From the NCBI GenBank assembly GCA_015065295.1, contig SVQN01000005.1:2133-66132 (forward strand): a stretch of 64,000 bases of DNA. The letters run 5' to 3'. The position numbers were made by a program, and so were the translations under genes. Positions 19,927 to 28,367 of this stretch are shown here, piece after piece (within the stretch, counting starts at the first letter, position 1; each line of letters starts with the position of its first letter). The notes beneath the pieces are model-generated. The model was not told the origin of the DNA, did no database searches, and saw nothing but the letters and a program-made list of their open reading frames with translations. Source of the stretch: Oscillospiraceae bacterium (GTDB taxonomy: Bacteria; Bacillota; Clostridia; Oscillospirales; CAG-272).

Positions 19927-21882
19927 ATGAACGAAACGTATCTCATTATGGCGAAGACCGTTGAGGAGGCGATCGCGATTGCAAACCGCGAATACGCCAA
20001 GGACGGCAAAGAAGTAAGCTACGAGATTCTCGAAATGCCCAAGAAGGGCTTCCTCGGTATCGGTGCGCGTGACGCGAAGATCAAGATCACTGTGACCGAA
20101 TCCGAATCCAGCAAAATCGGTTCCGAACTCAGCTCTCTCGTCGCCGATCTCCGCGGCATGAAGGTTCACACCAACCGCGGCGGCAGCGAAGCCGAAGAAA
20201 AGCCGAAGAAGCAGAACCCCGGTCAGGCTCAGAAGAAGCAGAGTCAGCAGGGTCAGAATCCGCAGAAGAAGTCCGGTGAAAAGCATCCGGAAACTCCGGC
20301 GGAAAAGCAGACGGAAAAGGCCGGAAACGCACCCAAGGCAAAGCAGCCGCAGAAGCAGAATCCTCCGAAGGCCGAACAGAAGCCTGCGGAACCGAAGCAG
20401 AACATGCCGGCAGACAAGCAGCCGAAGCCCGCGGACTCCAAAAAGCCGCAGGAACCGAAACAGAATGCACCGAAGCCGGAACGTCAGCCCGCTCCCGCAA
20501 AGACCGAAGCGAAGCCTGAAAAGCAGTCTGACAAGCCGCAGAACAAGCCGGCGGAAAAGCCCGCAGAACCCAAGAAGCAGGAACCGAAGCAGCCGAAACC
20601 GGAAAAGCCGGCAGAAAAGCCGGTCGAAACGGTTGTTCCTACAGAAGTCAAGCCGGAACCCGTTCCTGCAGAGGTACCCGCAGTAGCGGAAGAACCCGCA
20701 GCGGAAACTGTGGCTGAAATTGCCGCAGAACCGGCAAAGACCGAATACAAGTCCAATCTCCGCAATCAGGCAAAGCCTCAGCGCAGACAGAAGGCTCCGA
20801 AGTCCGCGAATGCCGATGCCGTTCCCGGCGCGGAAGCAATCATCGCAGCACCGATGGGTCTGACCGACTTCACCCGTGAAGAAAACGGTGAATCCTTCGG
20901 CAGCGGTTCCGGAACACAGTCCGGCGGCCGCATGAGCAACGACATCCGCAAGAAGCCGCGTCAGCCGAAGCCCGCGAAGACGGAAGAAACCGCTCCCGCA
21001 GCGATCGAAGAAACGAAGATCCCCGCAGAAGAACCGGTTGACGTTCCCGTTGACGCGGCTGAAGAAGCTGGCTGTGACGCACCGGAAACCGAAGCGGCAG
21101 AAGCACCCGTTGTTGAAGAAGACCGTCAGAAGGTCGGCGTTACCGAAGCGGAAATGCAGTACGCACTCGACTTCACGAACACGCTTCTCAAGAACATGGC
21201 AATCGGCGCGACGGCAAGCCGCGTGGAATGCCCCGAAGGCGAGGAATATATCATCGAAGGCGACGCCAACGTCTACCCGAAGATCAACATCGACGGCGAC
21301 GGTACCGGCATCCTGATCGGTCATCACGGCGAAACCCTCGACGCGGTACAGTATCTCGTGAACCTCGCGGCACTCCGCCAGTCCAAGCAGAAGGGCGGCG
21401 ACTACGTCAAGATCGTGGTTGACATCGAAAACTACCGTGCAAAGCGTGAGGAAACCCTCCGCTCCCTCGCACGCCGCATGGCAGCCCGCGCAGTGAAGTA
21501 CAAGAGAAACGTCTTCCTCGAACCGATGAACGCGTACGAACGCCGCATCATCCACAGCGAGCTGCACAGCTACGAAAACGTCTCGACCCACAGCGTAGGC
21601 GCAGACAAGAACCGCAAGATCATCGTCACCTACGAAGGTCCGGACAAGGCACCGCAGCAGCCGCGCAAGGAACGCGAACCCCGTGAGGATCGCGCAGAAC
21701 GCGCAGAAAAGAAGCCGAACGAAAACCGTGAAGGCAAGCAGGAACGCAGCGGTTCCGCAAGCCGCCGCGGGGAAAACCGCCGCCCGAAGAAAATCCAGAA
21801 GATGCCCATCGAAAAGCTCCCGGATTTCCTCGCCCCCGGCACCACCCCCGACGAAGACCGGTTCATCGAAATTGAAGATTAA
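19927..21882 (+). CDS. jag: Jag/KhpB RNA-binding protein with a very large low-complexity insertion
   Basis: N-terminal Jag_N (AKTVEEAIAIANREY...GFLGIGARDAKIKITV). C-terminal KH plus R3H (DIENYRAKREETL..MNAYERRIIHSEL). About 360 aa of PEKQ-rich sequence lies between them. The start could be 19948. Confidence 0.85.
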   Translation: MNETYLIMAKTVEEAIAIANREYAKDGKEVSYEILEMPKKGFLGIGARDAKIKITVTESESSKIGSELSSLVADLRGMKVHTNRGGSEAEEKPKKQNPGQAQKKQSQQGQNPQKKSGEKHPETPAEKQTEKAGNAPKAKQPQKQNPPKAEQKPAEPKQNMPADKQPKPADSKKPQEPKQNAPKPERQPAPAKTEAKPEKQSDKPQNKPAEKPAEPKKQEPKQPKPEKPAEKPVETVVPTEVKPEPVPAEVPAVAEEPAAETVAEIAAEPAKTEYKSNLRNQAKPQRRQKAPKSANADAVPGAEAIIAAPMGLTDFTREENGESFGSGSGTQSGGRMSNDIRKKPRQPKPAKTEETAPAAIEETKIPAEEPVDVPVDAAEEAGCDAPETEAAEAPVVEEDRQKVGVTEAEMQYALDFTNTLLKNMAIGATASRVECPEGEEYIIEGDANVYPKINIDGDGTGILIGHHGETLDAVQYLVNLAALRQSKQKGGDYVKIVVDIENYRAKREETLRSLARRMAARAVKYKRNVFLEPMNAYERRIIHSELHSYENVSTHSVGADKNRKIIVTYEGPDKAPQQPRKEREPREDRAERAEKKPNENREGKQERSGSASRRGENRRPKKIQKMPIEKLPDFLAPGTTPDEDRFIEIED

Positions 21883-21892
21883 ATGAAAAATC

Positions 21893-21933
21893 GGGGAAAA
21901 CCTTTTTGCAAAAAGGTTTTCCCCTGAGTTTTT
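21893..21933 (+). terminator. intrinsic terminator after jag (U-type hairpin, U5)
   Basis: GGGGAAAACCTTTTTgcAAAAAGGTTTTCCCC followed by tgagTTTTT. Confidence 0.6.
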
Positions 21934-22040
21934 GCGGAACAAATACTCAGCCCTTCTCCAAAAAACTTTATACTGGAAGAGGGAAAGAGTATGTGCAGAC
22001 CGATGCGGAAGGTCTGTATTTTTTTATTTTTCGGCAGAGA

Positions 22041-22070
22041 TTGACAGTATACGGCAGGATGTGGTACAAT
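22041..22070 (+). promoter_or_regulatory. promoter of the small hydrophobic ORF (toxin-like mRNA)
   Basis: TTGACA-18 nt-TGgTACAAT. Confidence 0.6.
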
Positions 22071-22140
22071 AATACGGCAATCGAAAGACGGCAGGTTGTT
22101 CCTCCGGGTTACATAAAGAACCCGCAAAGGAGGTGACAAC

Positions 22141-22227
22141 ATGACAACTTTGGAAGTGCTTGCACTTTTGAATCTTCTTGTCGTTGTTATCTTTGGAATC
22201 ATTGACATTATGATGAAAAAGAAATAA
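22141..22227 (+). CDS. 28-aa hydrophobic peptide, type I toxin / Hol-Tox-like
   Basis: AAAGGAGG-7 nt-ATG. MTTLEVLALLNLLVVVIFGIIDIMMKKK has one TM segment and a KKK tail. Flanked by convergent promoters. Confidence 0.6.
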   Translation: MTTLEVLALLNLLVVVIFGIIDIMMKKK

Positions 22228-22310
22228 CCGCCCCTAACACAGAACGGCATTCCTCGACTTAAAATCGACAAGGGAACGACCGCCAGGACCAGTGGCAGCC
22301 GTCTTCGATT
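22228..22310 (-). ncRNA. candidate antisense (antitoxin-like) RNA, extent unknown
   Basis: Inferred only from the minus-strand promoter at 22317-22345, which points into the 3' region of the small ORF transcript. Hairpin cggcattcctcgac..tcgacaagggaacgaccg lies inside. Confidence 0.3.
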
Positions 22311-22316
22311 GCATTT

Positions 22317-22345
22317 ATTATACCACAGATATCCATGTTTGTCAA
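22317..22345 (-). promoter_or_regulatory. convergent antisense promoter
   Basis: Minus strand TTGACA-aacatggatatctgTGg-TATAAT, 17-nt spacer. Confidence 0.6.
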
Positions 22346-22353
22346 GGCTCCCG

Positions 22354-22382
22354 TTGACAAATCGGACGGTGTGTGATATAAT
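22354..22382 (+). promoter_or_regulatory. promoter of smORF / ABC-class ATPase unit
   Basis: TTGACA-aatcggacggtgtgTGa-TATAAT, 17-nt spacer. Back-to-back with the antisense promoter. Confidence 0.6.
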
Positions 22383-22413
22383 CAGCTCAAACAAAGCCAA
22401 AGGAGGCGATCGT

Positions 22414-22482
22414 ATGAAACATACAACCGAATACATTGCAGGTATATCGCCGATATGCTTTTGTTTGGTGCGCGGTGAATAA
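22414..22482 (+). CDS. candidate 22-aa leader/small ORF
   Basis: AAAGGAGG-7 nt-ATG. MKHTTEYIAGISPICFCLVRGE. Lies about 100 nt upstream of the ATPase start. No homology recognised. Confidence 0.3.
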   Translation: MKHTTEYIAGISPICFCLVRGE

Positions 22483-22580
22483 AACGCCCGCCCGTAAATT
22501 GAGCACGATCCTTCGGTCATTCTCCGCAGTGTATTCGTTTTTTTGCGAATTCATCGGATGAATGAACGGAGGTATTTTTT

Positions 22581-24326
22581 ATGCAGAAATTATGTGAACT
22601 TATTGATTCCCTCGACGGCAAGCCGCTGACGAAGTATACCGCGCTCTACGGTCACTACACCCGCGGCGATATCGTCTACAGTATTGCCAATGTCTTCGGC
22701 GGACAGGTCAAATCCTGCTCGGCCGAACTGATCTTTCCCATGTCTCGCCTGTTCGGGGACTATCCCGTTGCTCCGCGTGACCGTATTGCCGCATCCGCGT
22801 ACCTTCTGCGCGAGTTTTCCGTCTGCGCCGCTCTTGCCAATAACACAATGGAACAGAGCGAATCGAAGGTCGAAAAAGGAATGTTCCTTCCCTATCGGTA
22901 CGGTCAGCGCGTTCTGGAAACGTCTGCCGTCCGCTGGGATGATGCGGCGGAAACGGTGTCCGTCTCCCTGACCGTCCGCCTTCCGCTGAACAAACCGCAG
23001 TACAGCGGCGGGAAATCGCTTGCTGGACCGACCGTTACGCTGGCTTCCAAAAATCACGTCATTTCCGCCCGCGCTGTCCGTCTGCTGCTCACGAAGAATC
23101 TCCCGCAGCTTGCCGAAACCTTTCTCGGACAGTTTGACATGGACGGCTTTCTCGAAGCAGTCCTTCTGTACCGCGATCAGTGCGCCATCCGCGCATGGCT
23201 TGCGAAAAACGGGTACGTTTCCTTCATCGGGAACGGCGCGATTCTTCCCAGACGCGGAAAAACGGACTTCAAAGAACCGAAAAACGCCGTTCCCTTCCAG
23301 TCGCCGCCGTCGATGGAGGTGGAAATCCCTCTTCCGTCCGGCTCAGCCGTCCGCGGGATAGGGATTCCGTGCGGCGTGACCGTCATTACCGGCGACGCTT
23401 ACCACGGCAAAAGTACCCTTCTCGATGCCGTATACAGCGGCATTTACAACCACATCCCCGGCGACGGCCGCGAGTACGTCATTACCGACGATACCGCGAT
23501 GACTATCCGCGCCGAGGACTGCCGCAGTGTCCGGTGTACGGATATTTCGTTTTTTCTTAAAAACCTTCCCGTTGCCGTCGACCCGCGAACGTTCACGACC
23601 GACAATGCCAGCGGCTCCACGTCGCAGGCGGCGGCCGTTGCGGAAGCGGTGGAATCCGGCTGCCGGCTGATGCTGTTCGACGAGGACCGGAGCGCGAACA
23701 ATTTCATGTATAAGGACGCGGCGATGCGGGCGGTCATTCCGGAAGCGGCGACCCGTCCATTTACGGACAACGCGCGGATGCTGTACCGGACGTTCGGGAT
23801 TTCCTCCGTTCTGGTGGTCGGCGCGTCCGGCGAAGCGTTCGGAATTGCCGATCATGTGATTCTGGTAAACCGGTTTGCCGCGTCGGAATACACGGGATAT
23901 ATCAGGCAGGATGTGCCGGATTCCCCGGAATATCACCCGGCTGTGCGGACGTTCGACTTACGTCGGCTGCGGGAATTCTGTATGGATCGCAGGCTGACCG
24001 TGCAGGATACCGGGACAGTGACGGTCGGCAGAGAACCCGTGAATCTTGCGGATATCCTCCCGCATGCAACGCGCGGTCAGTTGGATTTTATCGTATCGTT
24101 CCTGTATTTTCTGACGGTCATGGAACGTCCGAATACCCGTATCCTGCGCGATGCCGTAACCGGACTGTATCGAAAAATTGCCCGTAACGGGATAAATATG
24201 ATCCGTCAGGACGGACTGTGCGGCGCGTCCGCGATGGAATTCGTCCGGATGCAGGATATGCTGGCGATTCTGTACCGTCTGCGGTGCGTGGAATTCCGCA
24301 GTCCGGCATCTGAGAAAAATCGTTGA
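22581..24326 (+). CDS. uncharacterised ABC-class ATPase (COG3044 / PF09818-like)
   Basis: 581 aa. Walker A ITGDAYHGKSTLLDAV, Walker B-like LMLFDEDRSANNFM. Overall size and layout are typical of the predicted-ATPase-of-the-ABC-class family. Confidence 0.8.
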   Translation: MQKLCELIDSLDGKPLTKYTALYGHYTRGDIVYSIANVFGGQVKSCSAELIFPMSRLFGDYPVAPRDRIAASAYLLREFSVCAALANNTMEQSESKVEKGMFLPYRYGQRVLETSAVRWDDAAETVSVSLTVRLPLNKPQYSGGKSLAGPTVTLASKNHVISARAVRLLLTKNLPQLAETFLGQFDMDGFLEAVLLYRDQCAIRAWLAKNGYVSFIGNGAILPRRGKTDFKEPKNAVPFQSPPSMEVEIPLPSGSAVRGIGIPCGVTVITGDAYHGKSTLLDAVYSGIYNHIPGDGREYVITDDTAMTIRAEDCRSVRCTDISFFLKNLPVAVDPRTFTTDNASGSTSQAAAVAEAVESGCRLMLFDEDRSANNFMYKDAAMRAVIPEAATRPFTDNARMLYRTFGISSVLVVGASGEAFGIADHVILVNRFAASEYTGYIRQDVPDSPEYHPAVRTFDLRRLREFCMDRRLTVQDTGTVTVGREPVNLADILPHATRGQLDFIVSFLYFLTVMERPNTRILRDAVTGLYRKIARNGINMIRQDGLCGASAMEFVRMQDMLAILYRLRCVEFRSPASEKNR

Positions 24327-24343
24327 AAAGCATAGGACGGCAA

Positions 24344-24373
24344 TTGACAATATCTGAGGGATTGTGGTACAAT
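24344..24373 (+). promoter_or_regulatory. promoter of second (toxin-less) copy of the convergent module
   Basis: TTGACA-18 nt-TGgTACAAT. Confidence 0.5.
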
Positions 24374-24503
24374 AGAACGGCGATCGAAAGACGTTATGAT
24401 GAAAAAGAAATAACCGCCCCATGACATAAGAGCGGCGATTCCTCGACTATAAATCGTAAGGGAACGACCGCCATTGCCGTGGCAGCCGTCTTCGATTGCC
24501 TTT
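24374..24503 (+). other. degenerate copy of the 22.07-22.31 kb module lacking SD and codons 1-22
   Basis: Aligns with copy A on both sides of a 131-nt deletion. Retains only atgatgaaaaagaaataa and the downstream structured segment. Confidence 0.55.
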
Positions 24504-24532
24504 ATTATATCACATCCGAACAGATTTGTCAA
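24504..24532 (-). promoter_or_regulatory. convergent antisense promoter, second copy
   Basis: Minus strand TTGACA-aatctgttcggatgTGa-TATAAT, 17-nt spacer. Confidence 0.5.
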
Positions 24533-24558
24533 GTTTATAAAAAGGAAACACAGCCGTT

Positions 24559-25953
24559 ATGAATCCACTTTCCTCTACCATTGCCGCCGTATCGACTCCG
24601 CGCGGACGGGGCGGCATTGCCGTGATCCGTATTTCCGGGAGCGACGCCGTTTCCGTTGCGGGACGGATGTTTGTCCCCGCCGGAAAAACCGCCGTTCCTG
24701 ATCTGCCCGACCGCTATGCCGCGTTCGGCGATATCCTCGACCCGGACGGTATCCCCTGCGATACCGGGATCTGCACGATTTTCCGCGCGCCGAAATCCTT
24801 CACGGGCGAAACCATGGTCGAAATTTCCTGCCACGGCGGGATTTCCGTGACCGAAACCGTTCTTCTGTCCGCGATTGCCCACGGTGCGGTCATGGCGGAT
24901 GCCGGTGAATTCACCAAACGTGCCTTCCTGAATGGCAAACTGTCCCTCACCGAAGCCGAAGCGGTCGGCGGCCTCATCGACGCGGATACCGCCGAAAAGA
25001 TGAAACTGGCCGGAGGTGCCGTCCGTGGAAATGTCAGCCGGGAAATAAAGAGGCTCTCCGATTCCCTTCTCGACGTGATGACGGCACTGTACGCCGCGAT
25101 CGACTATCCGGAGGAGGATGTAGGCGACGAAGGCGAACGTCAGATCGGAGAGGTTCTCCGTACGGTCTCCGGCGGTGTCAAACGCCTGCTGGCAACGTAT
25201 AAAACCGGGCGCGCCGTCCAGTCGGGCGTGAAATGCGTCATCTGCGGCCGTCCGAATGTTGGAAAATCCTCCCTGTTCAACCGCATGGTCGGCGAAGAAT
25301 CCGCGATTGTCACGAGCGTTGCGGGAACGACGCGCGACGTTCTGCGGGAAACCGTATCGTTCGGCGGCGTAACGCTCCGTCTGTCCGATACCGCCGGCAT
25401 TCATGCGTCCGACGATGCCGTGGAAAAAATCGGGATCACCCGCGCCGTGGACGAAATCGAAGGAGCGGAACTGATCCTCGCGGTATGGAACGCGTCGGAA
25501 TCCCTGACGGAGCATGACCGCGAACTGCTTACCCGTCTGAAAACCGCATCCGCGCCGGTCATCACGGTGCTGAACAAAACCGACCTTCCGCGCGGATTGT
25601 CCGACGAAGACGAAGCGGCAGTTGCGGCAGTTTCCGGCGATGTGATCCGTGTAAGCTGCGAAACGGAAGACGGCATTGCCGAACTGGCATCGGCGGTTGC
25701 CAAGCTGTTCGGCAGCGACAAACTCGACCTGCGTCACGACGCGGTGATCTGGGATGTCCGTCAGCGGACACAGCTGATGCGTGCGGACGCGGCACTGGAT
25801 TCGGCGGTAAACGGTCTGACGTTCGGCGATCCCTTGGATGCTGTCTGCACGACGGTGGAAGAAGCGATGGCGGCGTTATCGGAGACCGACGGACGCGGGG
25901 TCAACGAAGAAATCGTGAACGAGATATTCGCACGATTCTGTGTGGGGAAGTAA
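24559..25953 (+). CDS. mnmE: tRNA modification GTPase MnmE
   Basis: STIAAVSTPRGRGGIAVIRISG, GRPNVGKSSLFN, DTAGI, and C-terminal FCVGK. Confidence 0.97.
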   Translation: MNPLSSTIAAVSTPRGRGGIAVIRISGSDAVSVAGRMFVPAGKTAVPDLPDRYAAFGDILDPDGIPCDTGICTIFRAPKSFTGETMVEISCHGGISVTETVLLSAIAHGAVMADAGEFTKRAFLNGKLSLTEAEAVGGLIDADTAEKMKLAGGAVRGNVSREIKRLSDSLLDVMTALYAAIDYPEEDVGDEGERQIGEVLRTVSGGVKRLLATYKTGRAVQSGVKCVICGRPNVGKSSLFNRMVGEESAIVTSVAGTTRDVLRETVSFGGVTLRLSDTAGIHASDDAVEKIGITRAVDEIEGAELILAVWNASESLTEHDRELLTRLKTASAPVITVLNKTDLPRGLSDEDEAAVAAVSGDVIRVSCETEDGIAELASAVAKLFGSDKLDLRHDAVIWDVRQRTQLMRADAALDSAVNGLTFGDPLDAVCTTVEEAMAALSETDGRGVNEEIVNEIFARFCVGK

Positions 25954-25957
25954 GGGA

Positions 25958-26443
25958 AGCCCCTTCGGGGCTAAAGGAAGAAAAAAGTACCGTTCCGGTA
26001 CTTTTTTCAATTTTTATGTCCTGCGCGGACGGCGCATAAAGGGGCTCAGACGCCGCCCCTTTATGAATTGCCGGCTTGGAAATCGTTCGGGGGACTCGCC
26101 CTTGAGGGCTCAGACAGACAGCGGTTTGCACTCAGCAGATCGCACGGAAGAACAGAGATTTGATTCACTGAAAGGTGGAACTGACAATACAGTTTTTCCT
26201 CACGGCTGTTTCTACTGAACAAACAATTTGGACAGATTTGCACCCAACTTTGTCCCTTCCTAAAAATCTGAATGCGGGCAAACCGCTGTCTGTCCGAGGC
26301 CTCAAGGCCGAGTCCCCCGAACGTCAAGCCAGGAATTCACAAAGGGGCGGCGACTGAGCCCCTTTGTGCGCCGTCCCGCGTAGGGACATAAAATCTGAAA
26401 AATGTCCGAAGGACATTTTTCTACCTTCCACGCCGAAGGCGTG
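25958..26443 (+). repeat. L-family multi-hairpin element L2
   Basis: Collinear with L1 over its full length. Begins 5 nt after the mnmE stop. Confidence 0.85.
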
Positions 26444-26465
26444 TTCCCATTTTGCAATCCCCCTA

Positions 26466-26494
26466 TTGACAAAATTCATATCCTGTGATATAAT
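26466..26494 (+). promoter_or_regulatory. promoter of the HMGL-like synthase gene
   Basis: TTGACA-aaattcatatcctgTGa-TATAAT, 17-nt spacer. Confidence 0.55.
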
Positions 26495-26547
26495 CTCCAC
26501 ATTCAATCCCAAATCCCCTTGATTTATGAAGGAAGTGTTTCTGAATT

Positions 26548-27996
26548 ATGCAAAATAATGACAATATTATAAATGACCCCGCGCTCAATACCGAGATCCG
26601 CGAACATGATACAAAGATCGAGTATTCTCACCAGACCCACCTCATCGAACAGTCCGCGTACCGCTATTCCCTCCAGGAACGCGCGACGCCCAACCTCTAC
26701 CGCCGCTTGTACGACTACCAGTCCGTCCCGAAGGTCTCCTTCAACCACCGTTTCGTTCCGGTGCAGATGCCCGAAAACATCTGGATCACCGACACCACCT
26801 TCCGCGACGGTCAGCAGGCAATGAAACCCTTCACTACCCAGCAGATCGTTGACCTCTATAAAATGATGCACCGTCTCGGCGGTCCCAAGGGTCTCATCCG
26901 TCAGTCCGAATTCTTCGTCTACTCCGAAAAGGACCGCGAGGCTCTTGCCGAATGTCAGGCTCTCGGCTATGAATTCCCCGAGATCACCACATGGATTCGC
27001 GCCGCAACCAAGGACTTTGAACTTGTCAAGTCCCTCGGCATCCGCGAAACCGGCGTTCTCGTGAGCTGCTCCGACTACCATATCTACAACAAAATGGGTC
27101 TGACCCGCCGCTCCGCGATGGACAAATACCTCGGCGTCATCAAGGAAGTGCTGGACATGGGCATCTCGCCCCGCTGCCATTTCGAGGATATCACCCGCGC
27201 GGACTTCTACGGCTTTGTCGTTCCCTTCGCGGAAGCTCTTCAGCATCTGTCCGAAGAATACGGCATCCCGGTCAAAATCCGTGCGTGCGATACGATGGGC
27301 TACGGTGTGTCCTATCCCGGCGCGGCTCTTCCCCGTTCGGTACAGGGCATCATGTACGGTCTGACGCACTACGCGGGCGTACCGTCCGAAATGCTCGAAT
27401 GGCACGGCCATAACGACTTCTACAAAGTCGTCACCAACAGCGCGACCGCATGGCTCTACGGCGCATCGTCCGTCAACTGTTCCCTTCTCGGCATCGGCGA
27501 ACGCTGCGGCAACTGCCCGCTCGAAGCGATGGTCATGGAATATGCGTCCCTCCGCGGCACGACCGACGGCATGGACACGACGGTCATCACCGAAATCGGC
27601 GAGTATTTCAAGAACGAAATGGGTTACGACATCCCGCCGCGCACACCGTTTGTCGGACGGGACTTCAATATCACCAAGGCAGGCATCCACGCGGACGGTC
27701 TGCTGAAGGATGAAGAAATCTACAACATCTTCAACACGGAAAAGATCCTGAACCGTCCTCCGCAGGTGGCAATCGACGCACACAGCGGCGCGGCAGGCAT
27801 CGCTCACTGGGTTAACCGCAAGCTGGCGAGCCAGGGCATCGTGACCGACAAGATCGACAAGCGTTCCCCGCTCATCACCCTGATGAAGGAATTCGTGGAC
27901 TACGAATACGAAGCAGGACGTGTGACCACGCTCAGCGACGACGAACTCACGCTGATTATGGACACCGCAAGAGCGACCATTGCGAGTGAAGAATAA
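26548..27996 (+). CDS. LeuA/NifV-family (HMGL-like) acyl-CoA condensing enzyme, Re-citrate-synthase-like
   Basis: WITDTTFRDGQQA, EWHGHNDF and LGIGERCGN motifs of the pyruvate carboxyltransferase (DRE-TIM) fold. The exact substrate cannot be told from sequence alone. Confidence 0.75.
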   Translation: MQNNDNIINDPALNTEIREHDTKIEYSHQTHLIEQSAYRYSLQERATPNLYRRLYDYQSVPKVSFNHRFVPVQMPENIWITDTTFRDGQQAMKPFTTQQIVDLYKMMHRLGGPKGLIRQSEFFVYSEKDREALAECQALGYEFPEITTWIRAATKDFELVKSLGIRETGVLVSCSDYHIYNKMGLTRRSAMDKYLGVIKEVLDMGISPRCHFEDITRADFYGFVVPFAEALQHLSEEYGIPVKIRACDTMGYGVSYPGAALPRSVQGIMYGLTHYAGVPSEMLEWHGHNDFYKVVTNSATAWLYGASSVNCSLLGIGERCGNCPLEAMVMEYASLRGTTDGMDTTVITEIGEYFKNEMGYDIPPRTPFVGRDFNITKAGIHADGLLKDEEIYNIFNTEKILNRPPQVAIDAHSGAAGIAHWVNRKLASQGIVTDKIDKRSPLITLMKEFVDYEYEAGRVTTLSDDELTLIMDTARATIASEE

Positions 27997-27997
27997 A

Positions 27998-28061
27998 TTT
28001 TTGGGGGAGGAACTTTTTAAGGAAAAGTTCCTCCCCCAAGCCCCCTCTTCAAAACCTTTTT
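27998..28061 (-). repeat. U-family hairpin element U6
   Basis: tttttGGGGGAGGAACTTTTTaaggAAAAGTTCCTCCCCCaagccccctcttcaaaaccttttt. Confidence 0.7.
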
Positions 28062-28091
28062 ATGTGAGGAATTGAAGAGGGGGATTTTTGT

Positions 28092-28367
28092 TTATTCAAA
28101 TAAATCGGAATGGGTACCGGTGCGGGAGAGAAAAAGAATCAGATCGTTTCCGTCAATACGGTAGATCAGGAGCCAGTCAGGTTCGATGTGACATTCCATA
28201 AAACCGGCATAATTGCCGACGAGTTCGTGAACACGATATTTTTGTTCAAGTTTTTCTCCGGCGGCGATCCGATCGACGACACGATTCAGCTTTTCAAGAT
28301 TGCATCCGCGTTTGGCAAGAAGTTTTAAGTCTTTCTTGAAGCGGTTGGAAAGAACAACGTCAAGCAT
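28092..28367 (-). CDS. yafQ: type II toxin, YafQ/RelE family mRNA interferase
   Basis: 91 aa. FKKDLKLLAKRG...L..G..L....R.H.L.G....ECHIEPDWLLIY...TGTHSDLF is the family pattern. Overlaps the antitoxin by 8 nt. Confidence 0.85.
   Translation of the reverse strand: MLDVVLSNRFKKDLKLLAKRGCNLEKLNRVVDRIAAGEKLEQKYRVHELVGNYAGFMECHIEPDWLLIYRIDGNDLILFLSRTGTHSDLFE

Noticed and set aside
20276-20686. Alternative-frame ORFs inside the jag low-complexity region (20276-20686, 20129-20500, 20484-20765 and others)
   Set aside because: All are by-products of the repetitive CCG/AAG/CAG insert. The jag frame is the only one that joins the conserved Jag_N and KH/R3H ends.
18643-21942. 1099-aa ORF on the minus strand, the longest ORF in the window
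   Set aside because: It lies exactly antisense to yidC and jag, both of which have clear family motifs. Its sequence is low-complexity (R/L/F/G runs), produced by the complement of the GAA/AAG/CCG-rich jag insert. It has no RBS or recognisable domain, so it is a shadow ORF.
24374-24503. The second structured copy as a housekeeping RNA (6S, SRP/4.5S or tmRNA)
   Set aside because: It has no SRP domain IV motif (GGAAG..AGCA context), no tRNA-like end or tag ORF, and no 6S-type central bubble that I can draw. It is clearly a deletion derivative of the small-ORF module at 22.07-22.31 kb.
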